A stretch of DNA of 64,000 nucleotides from Camelus dromedarius (GCF_036321535.1 NC_087438.1:186001-250000); one strand, 5' to 3'. Shown: positions 36,861-50,035, numbered from the stretch's first letter. A program made the numbers and translations. Notes: generated from the sequence alone by a model not told the origin.

Positions 36861-38155
36861 TGCTGGGGGGCTGGCTCCCCAGTGCAGAGAGCCATGCAGG
36901 GGTAGGGGGAGGGAGGTTAGAAGGGGACCCCCGTTCCTGCCTCCAGGGAGTGCCCACCATCCCCCACCCAGGCTGCCCCCATGTCCTGTGTGGGCATTGG
37001 CCCCTGTGAGTCTGGGAGCACTGTGGCTCTGTGCCTCTCCCAGTGGGGGGCAGAGTCCCAGCAGGGGTCAGTGAACCACATCTGGGATGACATCACCACC
37101 TGGGGATCCCCCCAGCTTTCCATCTGGGGGTGGCAGCATCCCCCAGGCAGGTCTGCAGGGGTGAGAGAGAGGAGGGCAGGGACAGCCCAACCCCAAACTC
37201 CCCTTCCCCTCAATTCGGGTAGAGGGCTGGCTTGAGCTGGGTCGGTGTGGCGGGGTGGTCCCTGCAATGAATTTGCTGTGAGGGAGGCCTTGGTGGTCTG
37301 GGCTGTAGGGGGCGACTGTGGGTGCACTGAGATGGGGGTCCGGGCCCCAGCTCCTCTCCAGGCTCCAGACTCTTCCAGACCTGCTCCAGGCTCTGCCCCA
37401 CCCACCTGGAAGACGTGGTCTCTGGGTGGTCAGCAGGGCTGGATCCTCTGGGGAGCTGGGAGGCTGGCCCTGGCCTTGTGACGTCACAGGGGGAGGGGTG
37501 GGAGTCAGGGAGACCCCGGCCCTCGCTAGTCAGAGTTTTCCCTCCTTTATCTTTCTCGGCCTCTGAGAGCGTGGGGTCTGCGTGACCCTCTGGGACCAGA
37601 AGGTTCCCTCGGGGACGTGGCACCCCTCAGCGCCAGCTCCTCTTGGGTCTGCGTGAGGCCTCTGTGCTCCAGGAAGCAGAGCTGTGTGAGTTCGGTGTCT
37701 CAAGCCTTTCTGAGTGGAGTGGAGCACAAAATGGATTAAACGTTAAGGCCTCTGGCTTCTCGCTCAGAGCTGTTTCACTGCCTTGAAAACCAGTGCCCTC
37801 TCGGGGGACCTGGTGGCTGACAAGTTTCAGTTTGGAAGGGAGTCCTGGGCGTCTGCATCTCTGCCTGGACCCAGGAGTGACTGGACTATTTCCCAGGATA
37901 CACCTGCTTTCTGGCGAGGAAATGCATTCTTTTCTTGTTGTCTTTCATGCAGTGAACAGAAGTCCTGCGGGAGAGGAGGGGATGGGGTAAGCTTCTGAGA
38001 GAGGTGAGGATGGAGAGGCTGGGGGAGACCAAAGGCCACAGCAGGGCCCCGAGGGCCACCGTCCAGGAGGCTCTGCATGGAGGCCATTGTTCCTGTGGAC
38101 ACCCTGCGCCTGGCAGCAGGGGCGTATATGAAGGGCCGGCTTGGCCTCTGCTGGG

Positions 38156-38241
38156 ATGTGTGTGTACACATACATGTGTGTGCGCGTGTACGTGTATGCG
38201 CGCGCGTGTGTACACGTGTGCACGCGTGCATGCGTGTGCAT
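38156..38241. repeat. 86-bp unbroken alternating purine-pyrimidine tract (mixed TG/CA/CG/TA)
   Basis: Every step alternates R/Y from 38156 to 38241. Confidence 0.95.
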
Positions 38242-38969
38242 CGGGGGCTCCATCTGCAGTGGTCCGGCCCACTTGAGGGTTGAGGAGGGTTAGACCAAGC
38301 ATCTCAACCCGGAGAGCTCATCGGGGGCCTACTGGCCTGGGGCTTGGGGCCCTGCACCTCTGACCAGCTCTTGGGGGAGCTGGTGCTGCCCATCAGCCAA
38401 GGGCGCAGTCGTGGGGAGCTGGCCAGGGCAGCGGAGCCCCGAGGTCTCCCCGACAGTCGATGACGTGTGAGAGCCAGAACAGCCCAGCGCGCCCCCGAGG
38501 AAAAGCCCAGCACAACTTGGTGGTCTCAAAGGAGAAACACTGGAGAGTTTCACGCTTGTTTGTTTTATCCCAAGACCAGAAGGAGGCGAGTGACGGTCTG
38601 CAGGGCCCTTGGTGGCACTGACGCCCTTGGAGCTTCCATCTACAAATCCCCAAAATGAGGGGAAACAGAGGCATGTCCCACCTGGCCTCCGTGGAGCCAC
38701 CAGCACCAGGCCCGCTGCTGGCTGGGACCCCCTTTACCTGCCTGTCCCCTCAGCAGCCTTGGGGACCCTGTAATTCCCAGTGTCCAGGAGGATGCTGAGC
38801 GTGGACTTGGGGGCCCCCTGCCAGGTGCCAGGGGCTGGGATGAGGACGATGTCCGCCTGTCTGACCTGCAGAGGGTGGCAGCAGAGAACTGTGGAGTGGA
38901 AGTTGGGGAAACAGGGGAAATGTGGCCAGGCCCGGGAAGGCTGTAAGTAACTGCTCTCTCCTCCCACAG

Positions 38970-39076
38970 CCCTGCAGGAGCGGCGCCCACAGCAGCCGGC
39001 TGCCAGTGCCCCCCCACCAGGAGACAGAGGTCCGTGCGGAGGGTCCGCCGTGCCGGAGGGAAGGCTGCTGCTGGAG
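38970..39076 (+). CDS. AHRR: AHRR exon 4, HLH-PAS linker: (A)LQERRPQQPAASAPPPGDRGPCGGSAVPEGRLLLE
   Basis: Acceptor ctctctcctcccacag|CC and donor GAG|GTGAGC; 107 nt, phases 1 to 0. Ends in the conserved EGRLLLE. Confidence 0.95.
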
Positions 39077-39336
39077 GTGAGCCCCTTCCCCCTCAGATCA
39101 CACCAGCGCCCGGTGTGCAGGCCTCTCTCCTGGGTCCCCAGATGTGACCTTTTACAACCACGCAGAAGTTAAGGCTCTGGGAAGGGTGGGATGGTGGCGC
39201 TCTGGGGGCAGTGCAAGCCGGTGAGCTGGCGGCCCAGGTCTTCAAATCTGAAAATCGTTTTCCAGCCTGCATTTTCTGGTTCTCCCACCTGTCAGTGGGG
39301 AAGGGCAGAGGTGGGGAGCCAGCAAGACACCTTTTC

Positions 39337-39438
39337 TTTTTTAATTTTGTGGGGGCAGTAATTAGGTTTATTTATTTATTTAACGAGGTACTGAGGATTG
39401 AACCCAGGACCGTGTGCATGCTAAGCAGGCACCCTCCC
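39337..39438 (-). mobile_element. tRNA-derived SINE resembling the camelid vic-1 family, head partly missing
   Basis: Minus strand reads gggagggtgcctgcttagcatgcacacggtcctgGGTTCAATCCtcagtacctcgttaaataaataaataaacctaattac... (B box at 39395-39404). TSD AAGACAC(C)TTTTC at 39324-39336 and 39442-39453. Confidence 0.8.
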
Positions 39439-41459
39439 TGTAAGACACTTTTCCTGTCCCATCTCAGCCAAGCCCTGAGGTTGGCACCCTCTCCCCACGG
39501 CACTTCAACTTGTTAGAAGTTTCAGCTGTTTACAAGGAGGCGAGGGTGGAGTAACCCTAAAAACCTGATGAGCTTTTAGGATGGCTGGGGCCAGTGGCCA
39601 GGCTTTGGCCGACTGGTCCTCCTGGTCCCCATCCCTAGGTCTTTGTTCTGCCCATATCTTCTCGGATCCCGTTGCCCAGGATCAGGGCCCTGGTGTCCCC
39701 CTCACGCTGCCCCTGCTCATTGTGTGGGCACTGCCCTCTGCTCTCGCACGTGTCCAGCCCCGTCACCCACCGGCCCCACGGCCCCCCAGCTGGGGGGTCT
39801 GGATGTGCTCTGAGGGTCAGTGAGCTTGAGGCCACTTCCTTTCTGTGAGGAGGGCGTTCTCGCAGGCGGCTGGTTCGTGCTGAGTGCGAGCCCCCAGGGT
39901 AGTAGCTGCCTCGGAGCCGGTCTGCGCAGAGCTGGGTCTGAGCGAAGTGAGCGTGGGCTGTCCTGCTTTCAGTGGAGGAAACGTCTGACACCCATTACTC
40001 GTCGGGTTTTAGGAAGCCAATCTTAAATACTGTGAAGTTTCCTCTGAAACTGCTCTTTTCTGTCAGTGCTGGTAAACCTGGAGCTGAAACACGTCGTGCC
40101 AGTTTGAATTGTGTTCTTGGCAAAAGATAAAGATAACTGGCGTTGTTTGCTCTTTTTCATTCATGTTCAAAATTAAAATAACATCTTACCCATAATATCT
40201 TTTTGAAACTTTTGTTCTGAGCTATAAATACAGAAGCGTGTGCACGTAGCTGAGCTCGGGGTGCCGTGCTCACCTCTGCTCCGGGGCCACCGCCCAGGCC
40301 ACCTCTTCCGGCCCCTCTGGTGGGTGCAGAACGGCAGCCCCGCACGGTGGTCCTGCCTCCCTGGAGAAGCCTTCAGGCATTTCTGCTCTCAACCAAGCCT
40401 TGAAGCCTGGACGATCAAGTATTCCCTGGGGCCTCTGGACGCAGACAGCCCTGCGGTCCGGCTGAGGCTGAAGCCAGGCCTGACTCTCTCGTCCCTGCCA
40501 GCTCCCTCAGGGCCCAGAAGGGAGGGGAACCAGTGCGTCCATCCTGGCATGTAGAGGTTCTGGGAGCTGCCCTCCGGGTGGACTTTCTGAGAACGAGGTC
40601 CTGAGGCTGAGGGGTCGGGGGCCACTGCCCCTCTGCTCTGGGCACTGTGGCTGCCCTGGTGCCCGGCTCCCCGGCCAGGCCAGAGTGGTGCACCCCCAGC
40701 TCCGTTTTGGAGAATGAGGTCCAGCAGTTCCAGTCGTGGTTGCCTCTGTGTCCAACAGGAAATTTCTGAAGATTCCCGTTGATTGGAATCGGGGTAGGTT
40801 ACATGACAAGCGCTCTCCAGAGCATCGCCGGAGCGGAGATTCTCACATTTTGGGATTAGAGTCTATTTTTGAAGTTTAAAAGTATTCCCAAACAGAGCAA
40901 AATAAGCAAATCCAGCAACAATAAGAAGAAACTCTCAGCCCTTGTCTCCAAACGTCAGTCTCTTGAAGATAAACTGTCATCAATTCACAGGAGATTCAGG
41001 GCTGGTGCAGACTCTTAAAATCACACCTGTGATTTTAAGGTGGAGAAGCCGAGGTTTGAGGCCATTAGGGGCTTGTCGAGGGTCCCCGTTGGGGCTTGGG
41101 CTGGACCCCACGTTTCTGGGTCCATGTTAGAAGCTGCGGGCCTCAGGGAAGCCAGGACGCCCACAGAGCTGCCAGCCAGGGAGCATCTTGGTGCGGCACT
41201 GGGTACAGGACGGAGGAGGCGGGGAGGTGGGGGGAGGGGGAAGGGAGGCGTGGTCCTGGGCGCACTGACCTTGGCTGTGCAATCAGAGCAGGCCCTGGGC
41301 TTCAAACCCCGTCCAAGCTGGGCTGCAAGGCCGTCACGTTTACGCAGATGCAGCGACGTGCCTGCAGGAGCGCTGAGCTCGGACCTGTCCAGCCAGAAGA
41401 CGCTCTGACCACGTGACCCTCGCTAGAGTTCAGGTGTCCCGTGCTGCTCCAGACGTTTT

Positions 41460-44400
41460 CTAACTTGTATTTTTAAATTTATGCACACTAAAACGCGTTC
41501 TTCTTGGCAGTGTGGTGGCCACCCCTGAGCAATCCCTCCGGCCCCACATCTCTGCCCTGCTGTCTGTTTGCTGACAGACGCCTGCCCACCCTGGCTCCGT
41601 ACTCCATCCTCCACTCCTGAGGGTCTGGCGCCTGCCCACGCAGCCGCTGAGGACGTGGGGGTTGTTTCCAGGATGCGCTGTTTGTGAATCAAGCTGTGCT
41701 AAACACTCACACACAGGTTTTCTCTGAGCATAGGTTTTCCTTTTGTGTGGATAATACCTGCGTGTGTCTGACTTCGTAAGAAATCTGCCTTCCAAAGTGG
41801 CCGTGCGCTCGCGGCCCCGCCAGTGTTATGAAGCCTTTTCCATAGGGGCAGACCGGACCCTCACTACAGTTTCACCTGCGTTTCCCTCCTCACTAGTGAC
41901 GCGGGGTGTCAGTGTGTGTTCGCTTGCTGCGACGGACCCTCCTTGTGAGCTGTCTGCTGGCTGGCTTTCTGTCTGTCTGTCTTCCCTCTTGCTGTTGTGT
42001 TCAGAGGCCCTGTGAGCGTCCTGGGAGTGCGTCCCTGCGCGCAGGGTCGGTGAGTCTGTGCCCCCAGCCTGGCCGGCCTGCTCATTCCCTTGACGGGGCC
42101 TTGCGGAGAGTGAAGGAATTTAACTTTGACGGAGTCCAGTCTATCGATTTTTTTCATAGATCATGATTTTGGTGTCATATCTAAGAACTCTTTATCTGAC
42201 CTGAGGTGACAGAGGTTATTCTCTGATGCTTGTGCCCAACACTTCATACCTGTACAGTGAGTTTCACATTCAGGCCTGTAATCCTGGTTGGTTAACTGTG
42301 GTACGAGGTGGGGCGCAGGTCAAGACTGACTGTATCTGCACGTGAGTGTCCAGTTGTTTCAGAGCCGTTTATTCAAAAGGTGGTCCCTTCTCCACTGAAT
42401 TGCCTTCACACCTTTGTGAAAAGTCAGTTGGCCGTCTTTCTGTGTCTGTCTCTGGACTCTGTCCTGTCCTGTTGGCTGTGTGTCTGGCCTCTCGCAAGTA
42501 AGCGCCGTGCTTGCCTGGTTACTACAGCTCCGTAGTAAGTCCTGAAGTCGGGCGCTGCGACTCTTCACTTCTTTATTATTGTCGTTCTTTTTCAGAATTG
42601 TTTTGGCTGTCAGAAATTGTTTAGTTTCTCTGTCTTTCCATATACATTTTAGAGTTAATTTGTTGATATCTGCAGAAATTTCGCTGGGATTTGACTGGGG
42701 AGAATCGACAGCCTGACACCACCACCCTCCCAATTTATGAACACAGTACCTCCCCGTTAATTTAGGTCTTTTATGACTGTCTTCAGCGCTTTGTGGTTTT
42801 CAGTATGGAGAACCTGTGTATTTGCTAGATTTACATGTGAGCATTTTATATTTGTGTTGCTATTATAAATGAGCCGTTGTTTAACCTCAGTTTTCATCAG
42901 TAGTGTATAGAAATACACTTTATTTTTCAAGGTTGACTTTGTGTCTGCGACCCTGTTGAATTCATTGGCAGTTCTTTGTTATTGTAGACTCTGGGAATTT
43001 TTACATCATCATGTTTTCTGAGAAGAGAGACCGTTTTTATCTTCTTTTTCAAACTACACGCTTTGTTTTTCCTGCCTTACTGCACTTCCAGGACTTCTGG
43101 GACCAGGTAGAGCAGAAGAGGTGAGGGGACAACCCTGCCTTTTCCTCAGAGTGGGGAGAAACCTTTGATCTTTGCTTTGGTTTTTATAGATGCCTTACAT
43201 CAGATTAAGAAATTTCCCTCTATTCCTTGTTTTCTGAGAGTTCTTACTATGAGTGGACCCCTGCCCCCCCCCCGTTTTATCCGTTTCATCAGTTTTATCA
43301 GATGCTTTTTCTGCATCTGTTGAGATGTGATTTTTCTTCCTGAGTCTGTTAATATTGTGAATTGCATTGATTGACAGGCTCAGGACAGATCTTCTTTGTA
43401 TATTGCTGGACTCAATTTGGTAATACTGTGTGGGGGCTTGTGTTTTTGTTGATGAGAAATATTTCTGTAGTTTTCTTGCAACGTCTCTGTTAGGTTGTGG
43501 TATCTCGCTGATGGAGGCTTCGTGGAATTGGTTGAGAGTGTTCCCATCTCTTGCGTTTTCTGAAGGAGATTGTGTAGAATTGCTGTTACCGCCTCCTGAA
43601 ACGCTTGTTACGATTCCCAGGCAGAAACAGCTGGTCTGAGAGTTTTCTTTGTTAGAAGATTAAAGTATGAATTTAGTTTCTTTGATTGATAAAGGACTAT
43701 TCAGGTTACCTATTCTAGTGTGAATTTTAGTAGTCTGTGTCTTTCGAGGAGTTGGTCCGTTTTATCTATGTCGTTGATTTTATGGGTACAGTTCAGGTTT
43801 TTCCTATGTTGCCCTTTTAATGACTGTGGGTTCTGTAGTCACGTCTCCTTTTTCATTTCATTGGTGATCTGTGTTTTCTCTTATTTTTTCTTAGTCCATT
43901 GGGCCAGAGTTTTATTCGTTTTATTGATTTTTCTCAGACACAGTTGCTGGTTTCATTGATTGTTACTATGGACTGAATGCTTGTATTCCAGCCCCCCAAT
44001 TAATACAATACAGTCAACTTCATGCTAGACTGGGGACCCAACCCCCACTGGGATGGTGTCTGGTGGTGGGTCCATGGGAGGTGATGATGTCATGAGCCCC
44101 TCTGAGTGGGACCAGTGCTGTCGTGAAGGAGGTCCCGGAGAGCCCCCAGCCCCTTCTGCCTGTGGGCGCCGCGGGCGCGGTGGGCGCGGCCGGGAGGCGG
44201 CCCTTCCCGCAGTGCTGTCCGTGGGGGAGGTGTTCTTCCAAACGTCAGTTCTGTCAAGCTGGTTGATGATGGTGGCTTTTTTGTATCCTTGTTGCTTTTC
44301 TGTCTGGTCTCAACTTGAAACACAAGTGTTGATGTCGTCTAGTAAAATCGTGGATCTGGGATTTCTCCTTTCAGCTCTGTCAGTCTTCGCTCTGTGTACT

Positions 44401-45420
44401 TTGGGTTCTGCTGTAGGGGGCAGACGTGCCTGGAGTTACTACGTTTTCCTCGGGAACTGACCATTCTGTCCCGTCCGAGTGCAAGACGCCTCTTCATCCC
44501 CGGTTACTTTCCTTGCCTTGAAGTTTACTTTGTTTGACACTAACATGGTCACCCCAGCTCTTTTCAGTGAATGTTTGTTTGGCGTATCCTGCTTCATCTC
44601 ATTGTTTTTAATCCATTTGTATAGTTATGTTTAAACTGTGTCTTCTGTTGGCAGTATGTATTTGGACCTTTTCTTTGTTGTTCATTTTTTAAGTCCAGTC
44701 TGACAGTACCACTTCTAAAGGCCATTTATATTAGGGAAATCATTGATATTGCTGGATTTAAGTCCACCATTGTATAATTTTCCTGCTTTTTGTTTCCCTC
44801 TCTCGTGTTTTCTGCCCCTTCTGGCTTTGGCAATATCCATCACTGCTCCAGCTCGGTGCACCCGCGGCTTTCGATGCTCGAGTCCGACGTGACTGGGTTT
44901 GTGTTTATTAGATCGTCCTGTTTAGGGCTCACGGGCTTTTTGAACCTGTGTGTTTGTGTCTTTCATCAAACTCAGAAAGTTTTCGGCCGTATTCGTCACA
45001 CATTTTTTACCGCCCCGTGTCTTTCTCTTCCATTTCAGAAACTGTGCTGACACAGGTGTGAGACCTTGAGGCTGTGTTCACCTTCCCAGTGTTTTCTCTC
45101 TCAGGTTGGACGCCTTCCATTGCTCTGTCCTTACTGATTCTTTTTTCTGTCAGCGCCTTCTGCTCTTAAGCCCACCCAGTGGAGCTTCCACTTCCCACAT
45201 TTCATTTCTCAGTTCTAAAATTCTCACGTGGTTCTTTTCTAATAGCATCTGCTTGTCTTCTGAGCCCTGTGACCTGCGTTGCTTTTCCCTCGGGAGGACA
45301 GTCGTGGCAGCTGTGTTAAATCCCTGACGTGGTCATTCCACCATTTTCAGTTCAGAAGTGGCGTCTGTCTCACGTCTTCTCCCTTGAGTGGTCCTCTCAC
45401 ATTCTGGCTCTCAGTATATG
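41460..45420 (-). mobile_element. Long tract of old antisense L1 fragments in intron 4
   Basis: gattttggtgtcatatctaagaac, tttccatatacattttagagt, atagatgccttacatcagattaagaaatttccctctattcc, gactattcaggttacc. Confidence 0.8.
43964..44165 (+). mobile_element. MLT1A-like MaLR LTR fragment nested in L1
   Basis: Starts tactatggactgaatgcttgt, then gggaggtgatg...gggaccagtgc...ccggagagc. Confidence 0.6.
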
Positions 45421-45436
45421 TGATGATTTGGGGTGA

Positions 45437-45545
45437 TGTGGTAGGCAGAACACTGGCTCCCCAAAGTGTTCCTGTCCGAATTCCCGGAGCCTGTGAGTAT
45501 GTTACTTTACTTGGAAAAAGGGCTTTGCAAGTGGGCCTGAAGGCT
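45437..45545 (+). mobile_element. MLT1-type LTR 5' fragment
   Basis: tgtggtaggcagaac...cctgtgagtatgttactttacttggaaaaagggctttgca. Confidence 0.65.
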
Positions 45546-48500
45546 CTGACGTCAGGCTTCCCTGCAGAACTCAACAGCACAGAGGCCGGTGGTGGTGGGG
45601 CCTCCTGCCAGCCGACCTGCACCTGCTCCTCAAACCTCGTGCACACGGGCACCGTGGACCCTCCAGCAAAGAGGCTGCTGAGCAAAACACAGGGTCCAGG
45701 AGGAACATCAACCTGGAGGGACAGACGTGCGGAGGGGAGACGGCCAGACAGACAGGCTCCTCGGGACGAGGCGAGGGGACACTGGGGAAATGGGCTGCTA
45801 TGGAAGGGACAACTCAGAGGTTGAAAAGAGCTCACAGAAGCGTGAAAGCAAATCTTGGAAATCCAAGAGTGGTCCAGAGTTAAAGTATCACCATGAGTAA
45901 GTGACAAACAGGCGGCAAATAACAGAGGAAAGTCAAGAAGGCTGCCAGACCCCAGAGGGCCTGCGTGATCAGAGCTCCAGGGAGGTCAGAGGGGAGGAAA
46001 TCATTCAGGAAGCAGCCCGGAAGGTTTCCCAGAACCCAGGACTGAGTTTCCGGCCCAAGACCCCCACCAGGTGACCAGCACAAAGGATGAGAAGGACAAG
46101 GACCAGGTGTTTGCTTCTGAAATTCTACACCCTGAGGGCAGGCAAGACCACGGAGGCTGGACGGCCACCAGGAAGTGCCTGCACAACATTGAGGGGGTAC
46201 CTCCATCCTGGGTAGACCCCTCGGCATGACCAGGTCCACTTCCCCACGTGGATTCAGGAGGGGCCTCTCCCCACCCAGAACCAGGGCCCTGACCGAGTGG
46301 CAGGTGGGGCCTGGGGCCCAAGGCCCTACGGGGAGCAAGTGGAAGGAGAAGTGGGTGGATGAGACGCTGCTGGACGAGGCACGTTCCCCAGGGACATTGG
46401 GGTCGGTCAGTGACTGTGTGGCTGAGTCCTGGGCCCACGGTCGCTGAGGGCAGCGAGGTGTTCGAAACACATCCATGCTCAGCTGAGAAGGGTCAGCGAG
46501 CCCAAAGGCGTGTGCAGAGCAGCAGGACCGCGCAGCTGGTGTGCAGGCAGAGTGGCGCCCTGGCCGAGGTCGAGATCAGAGCCGCTCCCAGTGCCGGGCT
46601 CCAGGCAGCGCGCACAGGGCAGGAAGCCACCGGGGACTCGAGGTCCGTGCGGCTCTCACATCCTGTGCACGGCTCTAACCCTGTCCGCTAAAGGCCGTCT
46701 CACCAGACGCGAAGCCCTGCTCTTTGGCGCTCCTCGCACTGGTGGGCTCTCCACCCCCTCGGGTACAGGCCCCTTTCTCGCTCCGCGTCCCCCTTGCAGA
46801 CGTGCAAGTTTAGCCTGTCCATGTTTCCCGTGATCACGCTTATGGAGGCTATTTCTGCTCTCATGTTTTGTGCTTTCTATTCCTCCACTGTCCTTGGTTT
46901 CTTTCTCTTCTCTCTAGCTCCCCATTCGGCAGACCGAGCTTTATCCTGCGGGTTTAAAAGCCCCACATTCTGATTTTGTTCTCACGGGGAAGCCTTCAGA
47001 AAGGCCTTTCCAGGTGGGTTTCCCTTCCATCTCCTGGACGTAGCTGGGCTGGCGTCTCTCCAGCAGGGCTGGCATCGGCTCAGCCCTCTGGTCCCCTGCA
47101 CAGATGCAGCAACTTTGTCCAGAAGTTGAATCCTGGACGATGCAGATCTTGCCTGTGTTCCTAACTTTTAGGGACCCCTCGGGAGCTGACCAGGATGTGG
47201 GGCCCCTCCTAGCAGTCCCTAGGTGTGTTTCTCGTTTTGAGGCCTCCCCGGGGCGTTTTCGTTGTGAGTCTCAGTGTGAAATCTCCCTGGGTCTCCCCAC
47301 GTGCTTGAGAACGTTATGCCCTCACAGCTGGATGACAGTTTGGCTGAATGTAGAATTGTAAGTTCAAAGTTTTTTCTTCGACCTTCAAAAACGCTTCTCC
47401 ATCGTCTGCAGTGCCTGTGCTGCTGGTGGGGCCCGACGCCCACTGCAGCGGCTGCTCTGACCCCCCTCTGAGCTGTATGAGTCCACCTTTGGCTTTGGTA
47501 TTTTTGAATTTCAGCACAACGTGTCTTCCGTCTTGTTTTGCCTACTTGGTGCTCCCGAGTTCTTTCTATCTGAAGTGTTTCTTCTTTAATCTGGACATTT
47601 CTTTCCATTGTTGCATCAAACACTGTCCCTCTCCATTACCGGTGCTCCCTCTGGAGCTGCTGTTACCCAGCACTGCTGAGTGACCGCTTCCATCCACGGG
47701 CCTCTCTTCTGTCCCCTGGCCTCCCTTCCCTGCCGCCCTCAGGACTGACCCTCCAGCTCTGCAGCCGTCACACTCTTCTTCCCTCCTTGCTTATTAGGCT
47801 CACACCTCATAAACAGTTCCCCTTAATTGGTTTGTAATATTTCTTGTTTCTATTTCTTTTTGCTAATATATTTCTTATCTCCTTATATCTATTTAAATTC
47901 ATGCTTATCTCATGTTTGGTCTCTGTTCTGTGCTGCCCCACATGCTGGGCATCCCCCAGACTATCTTCTGGCCCCTGTGTGCTCTGCCCCTGAGGAGCCA
48001 AGCTGTGTGCTGGGGACAGGTGGGATGGGGCTGGGGGAGGGGCCAGGCCGGATTTGGGTGGGGCTTGCCTCCTTGGGGAAGGTTCCCCTTTAGAAAGGGC
48101 CACCTTGGGAGTCCTGGCCTGGGGCTTGCATAGGACAGGAGGGGTGAGTGCTCGGAAGCACAGCTCAGCAGTACGGGCCTCTCCCTGGCTGGCCCTGCAC
48201 CCTTGCCCCATCACTCCACCAGGCAGACTGTCCCCAGGCAGCTGGGGGAGGGGCCAGAGCAGAGCACAGAAAGAATTTCTTCCAGTGTTCTCTGCTCCCC
48301 CAAACCTCCCACCCTGGGCTGCACCCCCCAGCTCCTCCTCACCCTGACCCCAGTCAGCCCTGGGCTCCTTGGGGGTCCCTGAGGCCTTCTGGGGACCACT
48401 CCTCCCATTAGGGCACTAGGGGCTGACTTTGGGGAAGGACTGGAGCCTGTGCTGGCTCACCTGTGTGGACATAGACACCATGTGTCCATGTTTAATGGAA

Positions 48501-49929
48501 TAAGCTTTGCCAGATGCCAAACGAAGTCAAAAGCGGCCAACGGGGAGGCACAGACTCGTTTGATTTGTTTGGTTTCTGAGTTCGAGGCTGGAGCAGGATC
48601 CGCAGGGGAGGAGGTTGCAGACGGACAGACGTGCTGACTGGCCCCTGAGGTGAGGGGGTTTTACCAGTTCCCACACCAGCCCTCGGCCTGGGACTCACAG
48701 AGCCTGGGCTGCCGCCTCGGCTCCAACTCTGGCTCCCTGGGTGCCCGGGCACCGTGGGCTTCGTGGAAGCAGCTGTGAGTGGCCTTGCCTGCCTGGGAGC
48801 CTTGAGAGCCAGCCGTCGGCCTGTGCCAGCACGCTGACTTGGTTTCTGGGAAAGCCAGCACAATTCCCGGGACATTCCCAGGAACCGCAAGGGACCCGCC
48901 AAGAACTGCAGGCGTGGAGACTTGCGCACCTTCAGGCTGTCACTCTTCTAAAGAAAGACCTAGAGACCCCCTTCCCCTGGTCAGACCCGAAGGCGCTCTG
49001 CTGACCGGCAGGGTTGCGGACAGGGCTTCTGCTGTGGTTTCCTCCCTGTGGTGCTGGACGCGTGGGTTCAGGGACCACGGTCCTCCAGAAAGGCAGACGT
49101 GAAGCCCCAGAGAGCTCACCACCAAAGCCTGGTGCAGGAAGAGGGGCACCGTGGGAATCGGCCCAGGAGGGCAGGGCAGAGCCGCCAGGGTGGGCAGGGC
49201 TGTGTGGCCCAGGAGCAGGGGTCTTGCGTTGGCCGCAGGGGACAGTGGGCTGCAGGAGGGGCCGTCGCACAACAACCCATCCCTGACTGTTGAAGGGTGG
49301 CATGGGAGCCCAGGACGGACACCTGGCAAGGCCGGCAGCTGTGTTTCTGGGGCCCACTGCGGCCGGCCCAGGCTCCCCGCTCCCGCTCGGCTCCCTGAGA
49401 GAGCTCCCTGGTGTCCCCGCACCTGGCCGCCCATCCTGGCCTTCCACTGAGCAGTGGCTGCACCTGCAGCTCCCTCTCCAGGGGCTGGGGTTCCCTGCTC
49501 GCCCTTCGTTCTTACTGCTCAGAGAAATCGCATTTTCTCACCTTCTGCTATGTCTGCTAGGCCTGTTGTTCCCAAACTCCTTTGACGTAAATAGAAGTGG
49601 GAGAAGTTCCATGGCTGCGGCTGGCCTGCGGGTGGACACAGCCCGGGAAGGGCAGCCGGTTCCCCACCCCCAGACAGTCCCCAGGCCCCACCCACCTCAT
49701 TCCTGCTGTCTCACAGCCTCCGCCTGCCCGACCATGCGCCGGGCGTACCAAGGGCCCCGTCCCCCGGCTTGTGCCATGCCTCGGGCTGTGTCCAGCCACA
49801 GCTGCAACGTTGCACCTTCTGCCCACCCAGCGGCCTCCCTGTGGGTCAGAAGCCCACAGCTTCTAGCCCCACCCCAGAGGATAGTTCAGATGTCTGGGGC
49901 CTGGGTGGGCTTTTAGGCCCCCATAACTC

Positions 49930-50035
49930 CCCACTGTGAAACCTTTGACTGTGCACCATAGCCCCTGATCGTCCACCATGAACCCCCAATCGTCCACCAT
50001 TAGCCCCCCCCACTGTCCACCATGCACCCCTGACT
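49930..50035 (+). repeat. Degenerate minisatellite of about 21 bp (core ctgtccaccat, about 4-5 copies)
   Basis: ctgtgcaccat, tcgtccaccat (twice) and ctgtccaccat, spaced about 20-23 bp apart. Confidence 0.75.

Noticed and set aside
39337..39438. tRNA gene
   Set aside because: Only the 3' tRNA-like half with the B box is present; it has a SINE tail and TSDs and no complete cloverleaf.
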